DNA of 64,000 nt from an uncultured Clostridiaceae bacterium. GTDB taxonomy: Bacteria; Bacillota; Clostridia; TANB77; CAG-508. The notes under the pieces were generated by a model that saw only the letters and a list, made by a program, of their open reading frames with translations, made no database searches and had not been told where the DNA came from. Each line of letters starts with the position of its first letter. Position 1 is the first letter of the stretch. The position numbers were made by a program, and so were the translations under genes. The stretch covers positions 5,345-69,344 of the forward strand of contig CAOJVB010000002.1 of assembly GCA_948444845.1 (NCBI GenBank), written 5' to 3'. Positions 9,744 through 20,362 of this stretch are shown here, piece after piece.

Positions 9744-12574
9744 ATGAACGATAAAATAATAATAAAAGGCGCAAAGGAACACAATTTAAAAGATATAAAT
9801 ATAGAAATACCACGTGATAAATTAGTAGTAATAACAGGCCTATCAGGCTCTGGAAAATCATCACTTGCTTTTGATACACTATATGCAGAAGGTCAAAGAA
9901 GATATGTAGAAAGTCTATCAAGCTATGCAAGGCAATTCTTAGGTATAATGGAAAAACCAGAAGTAGAATCTATAGTAGGCCTTTCACCAGCAATATCAAT
10001 TGACCAAAAAACAACTTCTAAAAATCCGCGTTCTACAGTAGGTACAGTAACAGAAATATATGATTACATCCGTCTTCTTTATGCAAGAATAGGTGTACCA
10101 TATTGCCCAAACTGTGGTAAAAAAATACAAAAACAAACAGTAGACCAAATAGTAGATATGGTTATGGAATTAGAAGAAGGAACAAAACTTCAAGTTTTAG
10201 CTCCAATAGTTAGAGGTAGAAAAGGTGAGTTTGTAAAACAACTAGAAGGCTACCAAAAAGAAGGTTTTGTACGTGCTAGGGTAGATGGAGAAACTTACGA
10301 GCTTTCAGATGACTTAAACTTAGATAGAAAGAAAAAGCACAATATAGAACTTATTATAGACAGACTAGTTGTCAAAGAAGATATAAGAAGTAGGCTTGCA
10401 GAAGATATCGAAATGGCCTTTAAATATGCAGAAAAACTAGTTTTAATAGAAAATGCAACTAACAAAACAGAAACACTATATAGTGGAAACTATGCCTGTC
10501 CAGACTGTGGAATAAGTATAGGAGAACTAACACCAAGAATGTTCTCATTCAATAACCCATATGGTGCTTGCCCAAGTTGTAGTGGAATAGGCTTTTTAAT
10601 GAAAATGGATGAAGATTTAATTATTCCAGATAAAAACAAAACACTATATGATGGAGTAAAAGCCTTTGGTTCAAGTACTATGAAAAAAGGCGATACTATG
10701 GCAAAAATGTATTTTGAAAGTATAGCTAAACACTATGGGGTAAAAATAAAAGATGTTCCAATAAAAAAACTACCACGTGACTTTATGGAAAAGATTCTTT
10801 ATGGTACAGGAGATGAAGTAATAGACTTTGAATATACATCATTTGCAGGAACCAGAAAGTTTTCACAGCCTTTTGAAGGTGTTTTACCAACATTAGAAAG
10901 GCGTCATAGTGAAACAAAATCTCAAGGAATGAGAGATTTTTATGAAATGTATATGAGTGAAAGTGATTGCACAACTTGTAATGGTGCTAGACTAAGCAAA
11001 AACAGTTTATCAGTAAAAGTTGGAGATAAAAACATAAATGAATTAACAGATATGTCAATAGATAAAATTAAGAACTATTTAAATGCCCTAACTTTAAGTA
11101 AAAAAGATGCAATGATAGCTGACCAAATTTTAAAAGAGCTAAATAAAAGGCTTCAATTTTTAATGGATGTAGGGCTAGAATATTTAACACTTTCAAGAAA
11201 TGCAGGAAGTCTATCAGGAGGAGAAGCACAACGTATTCGTTTAGCAACACAAATAGGCTCTGGTCTAACAGGTGTATTATATATATTAGATGAGCCAAGT
11301 ATAGGGCTTCACCAAAGAGATAACGATAAATTAATAGCAACACTAAAAAAACTAAGAGACTTAGGAAATACAGTTTTAGTTGTAGAACATGATGAAGACA
11401 CAATGTATGCCGCAGACCAAATTATAGATATTGGTCCAGGTGCAGGTATACACGGCGGAAAAGTAATGGCTCAGCGGAACTGCCGAAGAAATTAAAAAAG
11501 TAGAGGGCTCAATTACAGGAGATTATTTAAGCGGAAGAAAACAAATAAAAGTCCCTTCAAAAAGAAGAAAATCAAATGGCAAAGCTATAGAAGTAAAAGG
11601 TGCAATGCAAAACAACCTAAAAAATGTAAATGTAAAATTCCCATTAGGTCAATTTGTATGTGTTACAGGAGTTTCTGGCTCAGGAAAAAGTACATTAGTA
11701 AACGAAATACTATATAAAACCGTAGCAAGAGACTTAAACGGTTCAAATGAAAAACCAGGCAAATGCAAAGAAGTAAAAGGCTTAGAAAATATAGACAAAA
11801 TAATAAACATAGACCAATCACCAATAGGAAGAACTCCACGTTCAAACCCAGCAACATACACAGGAGTATTCGACTTTATAAGAGACTTATTTGCAGGAAC
11901 AAACGAAGCAAAAATGCGTGGATATGACAAAGGAAGATTCAGCTTTAACGTAGCAGGAGGAAGGTGTGAAGCCTGCAATGGAGATGGGATATTAAAAATA
12001 GAAATGCACTTCTTATCAGACGTATATGTACCATGTGAAGTATGCCATGGAAAAAGATATAATAAAGAAACCTTAGAAGTAAAATATAAAGGAAAAACAA
12101 TATCAGATGTACTAGATATGACAGTAGAAGAAGCACTAGAATTCTTCAAAAACCTACCAAAAATAAAAAATAAAATACAAACACTATATGACGTAGGTTT
12201 AGGCTACATCAAACTTCGGACAACCTTCAACAACCCTATCTGGAGGAGAAGCCCAACGTGTAAAACTAGCCACAGAACTTTCAAAAAAAGCAACCGGAAA
12301 AACACTATACATCCTAGATGAACCAACAACAGGACTGCACATAGCCGATGTACACAAACTAGTAGACATCTTACAAAGACTAGTAGACACCGGAAACAGC
12401 ATAATAGTAATAGAACACAACCTAGACCTAATAAAAACAGCTGACCACATAATAGACCTAGGCCCAGAAGGCGGAGACAAAGGAGGACAAATAATAGCAG
12501 TAGGCTCACCAGAGCAAATAGCAAGAAACGACCAAAGCTACACCGGAAAATTTTTGAAGAAATATCTAAACTAG
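9744..12574 (+). CDS. uvrA: excinuclease ABC subunit A; needs +1 shifts at CGG 11475-11477 and 12217-12219
   Basis: Three consecutive frames join into full UvrA: ..[14 protein letters not shown]|[22 protein letters not shown].. and ..DVGLGYIKL|[63 protein letters not shown]. Confidence 0.95.
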
Positions 12575-12586
12575 CTAGGGGTAGCT

Positions 12587-12678
12587 TTGGGGACGGTTCG
12601 CAATCTGAAACAAGATAGAGAAGAACCTCAAGGCAAAAAAACAAAAATAATCTGGCTAGATTAGGAACTGTCCCCAAT
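12587..12678. repeat. family-A inverted-repeat element (TTGGGGACGGTTC ... GAACTGTCCCCAA)
   Basis: Near-identical copies at 22132-22221 and 58068-58158. Terminal inverted repeats of about 19 bp, each copy directly downstream of a stop codon. Confidence 0.7.
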
Positions 12679-12891
12679 GCGAAAACAATGAGAACAACTT
12701 ATAAGAGTAGATAAAGAAAAACTACCCTAAATAGAAAAAGCCAAAACACCAACTAACAAGCAAGCATACAAAAATAACATAATTGTAGCTACTGCAAAAA
12801 AAACAACATTATGTTGATTTTACTCAAGAAATATGTTAAAATCATATTAGAATATGTAAATCAATTTTATGAAAAAAGGAGGATATTTGTT

Positions 12892-13149
12892 ATGAATAAA
12901 TATTCAAACAAAAAAGCAAAACGGAACATAAAGGTTGTAGCAACTATAATACTAGTACTATTTGTACTAAACAGATTAGGAAATTTACTTCTTCTTAAAG
13001 CGATGTGTTCAGATGAGCCCATAGTAATTGCAATAATATGGAAGACAATAGTTGGCACAGTAACTGTAGGAACGGGAGTACTTGTTCTACTTATAGTTTG
13101 CTTTATATTTTACGAATTGTATGAACATATTGTAAAAAGAAAGAAATAA
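12892..13149 (+). CDS. small membrane protein (orphan); in-frame CGG
   Basis: GGAGG RBS. MNKYSNKKAKRNIK followed by two hydrophobic helices. CGG at 12922-12924. Confidence 0.4.
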   Translation: MNKYSNKKAKRNIKVVATIILVLFVLNRLGNLLLLKAMCSDEPIVIAIIWKTIVGTVTVGTGVLVLLIVCFIFYELYEHIVKRKK

Positions 13150-13483
13150 AAGAAAAAGGCATATAGCAAATAAGAAAGCTATATGTCTTTTTCTTTAACT
13201 TTAAAATTAAATTATCTACAATTATTATTATTGTTCTCATTATTGTTATTTCTGTTTTGATTATTTTGGTTATTTTTTTGGTTGTTATTATTTTTATTGT
13301 TTTTATTATTCTTTTCTGACATAAAAAATGCACCACCTTTCTATTACAATTATATTGTGACCCAAATTTAAAAAATCTATACATAAATATATTTTGTCGA
13401 AAATTACCACAAAAATATGTTTGACAAGTATATATTCATATGTTAAAATGCATAATATAAAATAAAGAAAGGATCCTAAAAAA

Positions 13484-13714
13484 ATGATTACAAGTATGTA
13501 TGATTTTAGAGATGAAAATGGTAACATTATGCCATATGAAGAATATGAAGAAAGAAAAATAATGGAAGCCGTTGAATTGGCTAAAAAAGTTGAAAGAGGA
13601 GAAATTAAAACAATACCAATTGAAGAGGCAATGAAAAGATTAGATGCAACTATGGCAAGAATTGAAGAAGAATATAAGAATAAAATTATAAGGGAAGAAG
13701 AATATGTTATTTAA
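13484..13714 (+). CDS. putative antitoxin of a type II TA pair
   Basis: 76-aa acidic ORF overlapping the start of the downstream RelE/ParE-like gene. Confidence 0.5.
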   Translation: MITSMYDFRDENGNIMPYEEYEERKIMEAVELAKKVERGEIKTIPIEEAMKRLDATMARIEEEYKNKIIREEEYVI

Positions 13715-14009
13715 TTATAAAGTAGATATTATTTCTTCTTGCCTTGAAGATTTAGAGCAATATGTTGAAAATACTTCAAAATATTCAATTTCATTATCTC
13801 AAAAAATAAAAGATGAATTTTATTCTAAAATACCAAATTTACAAGAATATCCCCAAATGTATCCTGTTTTTAAAATTATTGACAACGTGAAAATTAGAAA
13901 AATCGTTATCCAAAAATATGTTATTTTATATACTTTAAATAATAAACAAATTACTATCTTAAATATATACCCACAAAAATCAAATTACATAAACTTAATC
14001 AAAATCTAA
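13704..14009 (+). CDS. RelE/ParE-family toxin
   Basis: 101 aa. ..KIRKIVIQKYVILYTLNNKQITILNIYPQKSNY fits the C-terminal RelE/ParE pattern. Overlapping two-gene architecture. Confidence 0.6.
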   Translation: MLFNYKVDIISSCLEDLEQYVENTSKYSISLSQKIKDEFYSKIPNLQEYPQMYPVFKIIDNVKIRKIVIQKYVILYTLNNKQITILNIYPQKSNYINLIKI

Positions 14010-14062
14010 ACTATCTATTTTACAAACACGAAAAATATGTTATAATGCCTATATAAATTAAA

Positions 14063-14181
14063 AAGCAAGAATAATATTTTCTAAGTGGCAAAGCCCCACA
14101 TAAGAAAATCCAATTCTTCCATAACCATCTTATAAGAAAACTCAACGCTATCGCGGATGACTTTCCTAAGAATATAGAAAA
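14063..14181. repeat. family-C intergenic repeat (AAGCAAGAATAAnATTTTCTAAG ... TTTCCTAAGAATATAGAAAA)
   Basis: Both ends and the internal CTAAGAAAATCnAATTCTTCCATAAC block recur at 38995-39219. Partial copy near 40875-40932. Confidence 0.55.
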
Positions 14182-14192
14182 GGAATGATAAT

Positions 14193-14882
14193 ATGGAAAA
14201 TATAGTAATAGGAATAGAAGGTTTAGTAGGAAGTGGTAAAACTTCTATATGTAGGGAGTTACTTTCAAAAATTCCAAACAGCGTTATTATGCATGGAGGA
14301 AACCTATATAGAGGAATAGTATATGCATTTATGAGCAAAAATAAAAATATTAAAGAATTAAAAAATGTAGATATTACAAAAGTAATGAAAGAGTTAGATG
14401 TAAAAATAGAACTTGAAAATAATGAAACTGTAATATATGTAGGAAATGAAAAAATAGACGAAGAAAAATTACAAAACAAGGAAACATCAATGGCAGTATC
14501 GGTTGCAAGTAATATAGCAAATAACGTAGAATTATTTATTTTTGCAAGAAACATCATAAATAATTTAAAAGAAAAATATAATGTAATAGTCTCAGGAAGG
14601 GCACTTATGGAAATATATCCTGATTTAGATTATCATTTTTTTATTACTGCTTCTTTAGAAGAAAGGGCAAAAAGAAAGTTAAATCAATATAATGGGGAAG
14701 TAAGTTTAGAAGAACTAAAAGAGCATATTGCTAAAAGAGATGAACTACAAGAAAAATCAGGATTTTATAAAATATACCCAAATACAATAACAGTTGATGT
14801 TACAGAATGTAAAACAGCATTAGAGTCAACTGATAAAGTATGTGAATGCATAAAAGAAACTGAAACGATATATTGTAATTAG
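14193..14882 (+). CDS. cytidylate-kinase-like P-loop kinase
   Basis: IGIEGLVGSGKTSICRELL Walker A, ..GRAL.., and LEERAKRK are cmk-like. Confidence 0.5.
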   Translation: MENIVIGIEGLVGSGKTSICRELLSKIPNSVIMHGGNLYRGIVYAFMSKNKNIKELKNVDITKVMKELDVKIELENNETVIYVGNEKIDEEKLQNKETSMAVSVASNIANNVELFIFARNIINNLKEKYNVIVSGRALMEIYPDLDYHFFITASLEERAKRKLNQYNGEVSLEELKEHIAKRDELQEKSGFYKIYPNTITVDVTECKTALESTDKVCECIKETETIYCN

Positions 14883-14907
14883 AAAATGAATAAAACAATA
14901 GAAAAGA

Positions 14908-15016
14908 TGTAGGGGCAGGCCTTGTGTCTGCCCATGTTAAAATAAAATTAAACAAATAATATATGAAATTTAGAGATTTCTTCGAAGAATGGGCAGACAC
15001 AAGGCCTGCCCCTACA
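14908..15016. repeat. family-B inverted-repeat element (TGTAGGGG ... CCCCTACA)
   Basis: Perfect 23-bp GC-rich arms GGGGCAGGCCTTGTGTCTGCCCA / TGGGCAGACACAAGGCCTGCCCC. Internal CTTCGAAGAA and AT-rich core are shared with copies at 16469-16574 and 19021-19129. Confidence 0.75.
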
Positions 15017-15049
15017 ATATAAAATCATATATATATAAGGAGAAAACAA

Positions 15050-16451
15050 ATGGAATTAAAAAATGAAAAATTAGAACAATTTAATAAATTTGCAAGTGGA
15101 AAGAAAATAGCTATTATTGGTTTAGGTGTAAGTAATTTACCACTTTTAGACTATTTTCATAATTTAGCTTGCAAAATTTCTGTTTTTGATAATAGAACAA
15201 AAGAAGAATTAGATAATGAAGTAGTAAAAAAAATAGATACATATGGAATAGAATATTTTGGTGGAGAAAATAACTTAGAGAATTTAATTGGCTTTGATAT
15301 TATTTTCCGTTCACCAATAGTAATGCCATATAGAAAGGAAATAAAGGCTGAAGCTAAAAGAGGAGCATTAGTTACTTCTGAAATTGAAATGGTACTTAAA
15401 TTAACTCCAAGTAAAGTAATTGGAATAACAGGAACAGAAGGAAAAACAACAACAACATCAATAATATATGAAATAATAAAAAAAGCAGGATACAAATGCT
15501 TCTTAGGTGGAAATATAGGAAAACCAATTTTTACTGAAGTAAAAAATATGAGACCAGAAGATATAATAGTTTTAGAAATGAGCAGTTTTCAACTAACAAA
15601 TATGGCAGTTAGTCCTGAAATTAGTGTTGTAACAAATATATTTCCAGATCACTTAAATGTACATAGTTCTTATGAAGAATATAGAGAAGAAAAGAAAAAT
15701 ATATTTAAACATCAAACTGAAAAAGGAATAGTAGTATTAAACTATGACAATGAATACACTCGTGAATTTGCAAAAGAAGCAAATGGAAAAGTAATATTCT
15801 TTAGTAGTAAAGAAAAATTAGAAGATGGATTTATATATGATAATAATGATGGAATGATAAAATATTGTGAAGATGGAGTTAGAAGACACTTAATAGAAAA
15901 AGAAGATATAAAATTAAGAGGAATTCATAACTACGAAAATATTGCCACAGCACTTGCAGCAACAAGTTCGCTAGTAAACTTAGAAACAGCAGTGCAAGCA
16001 GTAAAAGAATTTAATGGAGTAGAACATAGGCTAGAATTTGTAAGAGAGAAAAATAGCGTAAAATGGTATAATGATTCGATAGGAACAAGCCCAGCAAGTA
16101 CAATAGCAGGTTTAAATGCATTTGACGAAAATATCATATTACTAGCAGGCGGTTCAGATAAAGGTTTAGACTATAAAGAAGTAGGAGAAACCATAGCAAA
16201 TAAAGTGCAAACCTTAATACTAACAGGTCCAACAGCAACAAAAATAGAAGAAGCAACAAGAAAAGCACAAAACGGAGAAAAAGTAGAAATATGTTATGTA
16301 GAAAATATGCGGAGAAGCCGTAAAACTAGCAAATAAAAGAGCAAAACCAGGAGATATAGTTCTACTATCGCCAGCAAGCGCAAGCTTCGATGCTTTCAAA
16401 AACTTTGCAGAAAGAGGAAATAAGTTTAAAGAATTTGTAAATCAATTATAG
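15050..16451 (+). CDS. murD: UDP-N-acetylmuramoylalanine--D-glutamate ligase; needs a +1 shift at CGG 16310-16312
   Basis: [33 protein letters not shown].. then ATG-C-GGA joins to [36 protein letters not shown]. Confidence 0.9.
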
Positions 16452-16468
16452 TATAAAAATAAAAAAGA

Positions 16469-16574
16469 TGTAGGGGTAGCGGTGCCACTGTTAGTGCTCC
16501 AATGAAATTGCTTAAATAAAATATAAATTTAGGTAGTTTATTCGAAGAGCGAACAGCTACTAGCTGCCCCTACA
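16469..16574. repeat. family-B inverted-repeat element
   Basis: TGTAGGGG / CCCCTACA termini; internal core inverted relative to the copy at 19021-19129. Confidence 0.7.
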
Positions 16575-16614
16575 GTGGAAAAATAGACATAATTTAAAAA
16601 GAAGGTATTATTAA

Positions 16615-17250
16615 ATGAAAAAATATTTAGACTTTAAAAATAAAATAGAATATGAAAAATTAAAGGAAATAGGTGAAATAATCAGAGAAGGTGAAATAGT
16701 TATATTCCCGACAGAAACAGTGTATGCAATTGGAACTAATGGCTTAAATGAAGATGCTATAAAAAACTTATATAAAATAAAGCAAAGGTCATTTGATAAG
16801 CCAACAAGTTTACTAGTTTCAGACATGGATATGGTTGAAATATTAGCAAAAGATATAACAAATTTAGAATATAAATTAATGAAAAAATTTTTTCCAGGAC
16901 CATTAACAATTATATTAAAAGGTAAAGATATAGTTCCAAATATTTTAACTGGGAATACTGACACAATTGGAATAAGAATGCCAGAAAATGAAATTGCAAG
17001 AAAACTTATAGAATATGCAAAAGTTCCAATAGCAGCTCCAAGCGCAAATATAGCAAATAAACCATCTGGAACAAATTTGAAAAACATATTAAATGATTTT
17101 GAAGAAACAGTAGATTACTACATAGATGGAGGAGAAAGTAAAATTGGATTAGGTTCTACAATAGTAAAAATTGAAAATGATGTTCCAATAATTTTAAGAG
17201 AGGGTAGTATAACAAAAGAACAAATATATAAATGTATAAGCACAAAGTAG
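16615..17250 (+). CDS. tsaC: L-threonylcarbamoyladenylate synthase (YrdC/Sua5 family)
   Basis: VIFPTETVYAIGTN..FPGPLTIIL..IGIRMP..IAAPSAN..GSTIV are YrdC-domain motifs. Confidence 0.8.
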   Translation: MKKYLDFKNKIEYEKLKEIGEIIREGEIVIFPTETVYAIGTNGLNEDAIKNLYKIKQRSFDKPTSLLVSDMDMVEILAKDITNLEYKLMKKFFPGPLTIILKGKDIVPNILTGNTDTIGIRMPENEIARKLIEYAKVPIAAPSANIANKPSGTNLKNILNDFEETVDYYIDGGESKIGLGSTIVKIENDVPIILREGSITKEQIYKCISTK

Positions 17251-17296
17251 AAAGCTATTGAATAAGATAATACATAAAGATAAAAGGAGGAAATCT

Positions 17297-17905
17297 ATGT
17301 ATTATCAAAACTATGAAGATTATATGAGAAGTGTTCTTGGATATCCAATAGAATCTACATATGATAATTACAGTATTCAAAATAGGGAATATAATGTAAA
17401 TTATCAAAACAATAGTGAACTTGAAAGTATGTACCCTGAAATTTATAAAAAAATAAATCCAGTTGTATGTGAAGTATGTGAAAGAAATAAAACACCTATT
17501 ACAAAAGAGATAATAGAAAATATGGTAGAAGAAGTATATCAGAGGATAGAAATAAATAATGAAATTTGGCTAAAAATAAATGTAGATGAAACCATTACAC
17601 AAAAAGAGATACAAAATAGAACTACAAATGCAAAAACAAATACAGTCAGAAATGCACCAGAGGTAGAAGGTAAAAGACAAGTAAACCAAACTGAAAATAG
17701 ACAAAGAAGACCAAATAACCCATTATTAAGAGATTTAATAAGGATATTAATACTAAATAGAATATTAGGAGGAGGTTTTCCAATTAGACCACCACGTCCA
17801 AGACCACCATTTCCAGGACCAGGAAGGCCGCCGTTTCCAGGAGGACCAGGAGGCATGCCACCACGCCCACAACCTAGAGACTATGAAGACTATTTTAAAT
17901 TCTAA
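17297..17905 (+). CDS. hypothetical protein with Pro/Gly-rich C-terminus
   Basis: AGGAGG RBS before ATG 17297. C-terminal FPIRPPRPRPPFPGPGRPPFPGGPGGMPPRPQP low-complexity tail. Confidence 0.4.
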   Translation: MYYQNYEDYMRSVLGYPIESTYDNYSIQNREYNVNYQNNSELESMYPEIYKKINPVVCEVCERNKTPITKEIIENMVEEVYQRIEINNEIWLKINVDETITQKEIQNRTTNAKTNTVRNAPEVEGKRQVNQTENRQRRPNNPLLRDLIRILILNRILGGGFPIRPPRPRPPFPGPGRPPFPGGPGGMPPRPQPRDYEDYFKF

Positions 17906-18000
17906 AATATAATAAATATAAAAAAGACAAAATTTAAAAATAAAAATTTTGTCTTTTTTATATTATGAGTAATAGAGTTGGACTTAAATTACATTAAAAA

Positions 18001-18033
18001 AGAAAAAATACCTAAGTAGAAGCTACTTAAGTA
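18001..18033 (-). terminator. rho-independent terminator of the tRNA transcription unit
   Basis: On the - strand: TACTTAAGTAG-ctt-CTACTTAGGTA followed by TTTTTTCT. Confidence 0.5.
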
Positions 18034-18122
18034 TTTTACCAGATGCCCACCAGAAACGCTCCTCAAAAGGATGTTAAATAGGCAATCCTAGGGTTTATCC
18101 TTAAAAGGACTTATCCCCTTAA

Positions 18123-18197
18123 TAGGGCAAGGAAGAATCGAACTTACCGTCTCTACACTTGTGGGTGTAGCGTGCTTCCAAATTACACCACTGCCCT
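18123..18197 (-). tRNA. non-canonical tRNA-like gene with an 8-nt anticodon loop (CCCACAAG), no U33
   Basis: Reverse complement folds as AGGGCAG-TG-GTGT-AATTTGGAA-GCAC-G-CTACA-CCCACAAG-TGTAG-AGACG-GTAAG-TTCGATT-CTTCC-TTGCCCT-A. All arms are standard except the loop (8 nt, or 6 nt if C:G closes) and one T:C mismatch in the T stem. Confidence 0.55.
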
Positions 18198-18223
18198 AGA
18201 ATAAACGTAAATTTACGTTATAA

Positions 18224-18299
18224 CAGCCCAGACGGGATTTGAACCCGCAACCTGCTCGGGTGATAGCCGAGTGCTCTAAACCAATTAAGCTACTGAGCC
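18224..18299 (-). tRNA. tRNA with Asp-like body but anticodon AUC (A34)
   Basis: Reverse complement GGCTCAG-TA-GCTT..GAGC-A-CTCGG-CTATCAC-CCGAG-..GCGGG-TTCAAAT-CCCGT-CTGGGCT-G. The loop is that of tRNA-Asp (CUGUCAC) with G34 replaced by A. G73 discriminator. Confidence 0.6.
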
Positions 18300-18318
18300 T
18301 AAAAAATAAATGTGAAAC

Positions 18319-18348
18319 AAATATATCATCTTTTTTTACATATGTCAA
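18319..18348 (-). promoter_or_regulatory. sigma-A type promoter for the two tRNA genes
   Basis: On the - strand: TTGACA (18348-18343), about 18 nt, then TATATT (18324-18319). Confidence 0.45.
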
Positions 18349-18559
18349 CTGATTCTAAGAAAAAAGTTATAATTCACACTTAATATAAAAATGTGTACTG
18401 TAATGGTCGGCTCCCTAGGCGACTACTACACCATAAAAATATAGCTTATAGCTGTGAATTGTAACAAATTTGAGATTTTCTAATTGTTAACCTTGACAAA
18501 CAAATATAATCGTCATATAATGTTAACCGAAGTTAACAAGAAAAACAAAAGGAGATAAT

Positions 18560-19012
18560 ATGGTATCAAAAGCATTAGAAGAATATTTGAAAACTATGTA
18601 TATACTAAAAAAGCAAAATAATAATATACGTGTTACAGATATTGCCGAAAAAATGAATTGCACTAAAGCAAGTGTAAATAAAGCAATATACAATTTAAAA
18701 GATAATGGACTTCTTAATTACGAATCATATGGAACTATTGAATTAACTAAAGAAGGAGAAAATTTAGCCAAAAAGATATTAGAGGCATATGATATTGTTT
18801 ATTTGTTTTTAAAAGATGTTCTTAATATAGATGAAGAAAAAGCTAAACAGGAAGCAGAAAATATAAAGTCAGCTATAACAGATGAAACAGTAAATAAACT
18901 TGCAAAATATGTCCATAAGGTTTTGGATTTAAGTAGTTTAGATTGTGATTATGATATTAATAAGGAAAAATGCAGATGTTGTGCTAGAAGAACAAATAAA
19001 CAAATTAAGTAA
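18560..19012 (+). CDS. mntR: DtxR/MntR-family metal-dependent repressor
   Basis: EEYLKTMYIL..IRVTDIAEKMNCTKASVNKAIYNLKDNGLL..ELTKEGENLAKKI is the DtxR N-terminal wHTH. Upstream GTTAAC-containing palindrome TGTTAACcgaaGTTAACA. Confidence 0.75.
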   Translation: MVSKALEEYLKTMYILKKQNNNIRVTDIAEKMNCTKASVNKAIYNLKDNGLLNYESYGTIELTKEGENLAKKILEAYDIVYLFLKDVLNIDEEKAKQEAENIKSAITDETVNKLAKYVHKVLDLSSLDCDYDINKEKCRCCARRTNKQIK

Positions 19013-19020
19013 TTATAATA

Positions 19021-19129
19021 TGTAGGGGTCGGCCCCATGGGCGACCTGCTCTTCGAAGAATATACCCTAAATATATTTATTTAAGCAATGGAGTTATAGA
19101 ACGGGTCGCCGAAGGCTGCGACCCCTACA
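19021..19129. repeat. family-B inverted-repeat element
   Basis: TGTAGGGGTCGGCCCC...CTTCGAAGAA...GGGTCGCCGAAGGCTGCGACCCCTACA. Confidence 0.7.
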
Positions 19130-19180
19130 ATTAGAGAATAATTTAATTTATAAACTATAATAAAATAAGAAAGGAAAACT

Positions 19181-19919
19181 ATGGAAAATACATTGTTAGA
19201 AATAAAAGATTTATACGTAAATGCAGAGAATAAAGAAATTCTAAAAGGAATAAATTTAAAAATTAATAAAGGAGAAATTCATGTAATAATGGGGCCAAAT
19301 GGCTCACGGTAAAAGTACAACAGCAAATGCAATACTAAATAACCCAGAATACACAAAAACAAATGGAACTATTAGTTTTGAAGGTGAAGATATAACAAAC
19401 TCAAAAACAGACGAAATAGCAAGAAAGGGAATATTTATGTCATTTCAACTACCAGAAGAAATACCAGGAGTTTCAGTTACAAACTTCCTAAAATACGCTA
19501 AAAATAAAATAACAGGAAAACCAGTAAAAATATTCGAATTTAAAGACGAACTTGCAAAATATATGAGTGAACTAAATATGAATTCAAAAAACATGGAAAG
19601 AAGTCTAAACGTAGGATTCTCAGGCGGAGAAAAAAAGAAAAACGAAATACTTCAAATGCTAGTCCTAAACCCAAAACTAGCAATATTAGACGAAACAGAC
19701 TCAGGTCTAGACGTAGATGCAATAAAAACAGTATCAAAAGGAATAGAAATGTTCAAAAACGAAAATAATGGAATACTAATAATCACTCACAACACAAAAA
19801 TCCTACACAGCCTAAAAGTAGACTACGTACACATCCTAGTAAACGGAAAGATAGTAAAAACAGGAACCCAAGACCTAGCAAAACAAATAGAAGAAAATGG
19901 CTACAGCAACTACAAATAA
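19181..19919 (+). CDS. sufC: Fe-S cluster assembly ATPase SufC; needs a +1 shift at CGG 19307-19309 inside the Walker A motif
   Basis: [25 protein letters not shown] then TCA-C-GGT joins to [53 protein letters not shown]. In the unshifted frame CGG is followed directly by TAA. Confidence 0.92.
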
Positions 19920-19930
19920 AAAATAGGTAA

Positions 19931-20200
19931 TCGCTAGCATTGGGCACTCGCTAGCATTGGGGACGGTCACTAGCATTGGGGACGTTTCCTAAATGGGTGC
20001 AATAAAACTAGATTGGGCAATCAAAAACAAGATAGAAAATAAAAAATAATAAAAAACAAAAATAATATAAACAAAACAACAAATGTACCCAATCGGAAAA
20101 ACAGCGAAAAAAGTAACAAGGGTAGAGAAGAAAAAGAAGTAAAGAACTAAAAGCACCCTCTTGGGTAATCGAAGATGTCCCAAGAGGAAACGTCCCCAAT
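19931..20200. repeat. family-A related repeat complex with three tandem TCGCTAGCATTGGGGAC-type units
   Basis: tcgctagcattgggcac / tcgctagcattggggacgg / tcactagcattggggacgt in tandem. Right end GGAAACGTCCCCAAT. A paralogous block lies at 22045-22221. Confidence 0.6.
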
Positions 20201-20362
20201 GCGGAAACAAGATAGAAAATTAAAACAAGTACAAAACAAAAAAAATCGAAACAAACAAATGCCAGAAAAGAAATAACCCATTCAAAATGCAGATATAGTT
20301 TAATAGCTAAAAGATAAAATAAAAACTACTGCCTCTATTTCAGAGACAGTAGTGAGAGATTA

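Noticed and set aside
17539-17856. The - strand ORF encoding a Pro/Gly-rich peptide.
   Set aside because: It is the mirror image of the Pro-rich tail of the + strand gene 17297-17905 and has no independent start signals.
18041-18122. A third tRNA between the 8-nt-loop tRNA and the terminator.
   Set aside because: No GTTC-type T-loop or cloverleaf could be drawn, so it is left as unassigned transcribed spacer or small RNA.
19931-19990. CRISPR array suggested by the tandem TCGCTAGCATTGGGGAC units (also at 22045-22100).
   Set aside because: There are only three units, directly abutting with no unique spacers, with imperfect repeats and no cas genes. They fit better as part of the family-A repeat complex.
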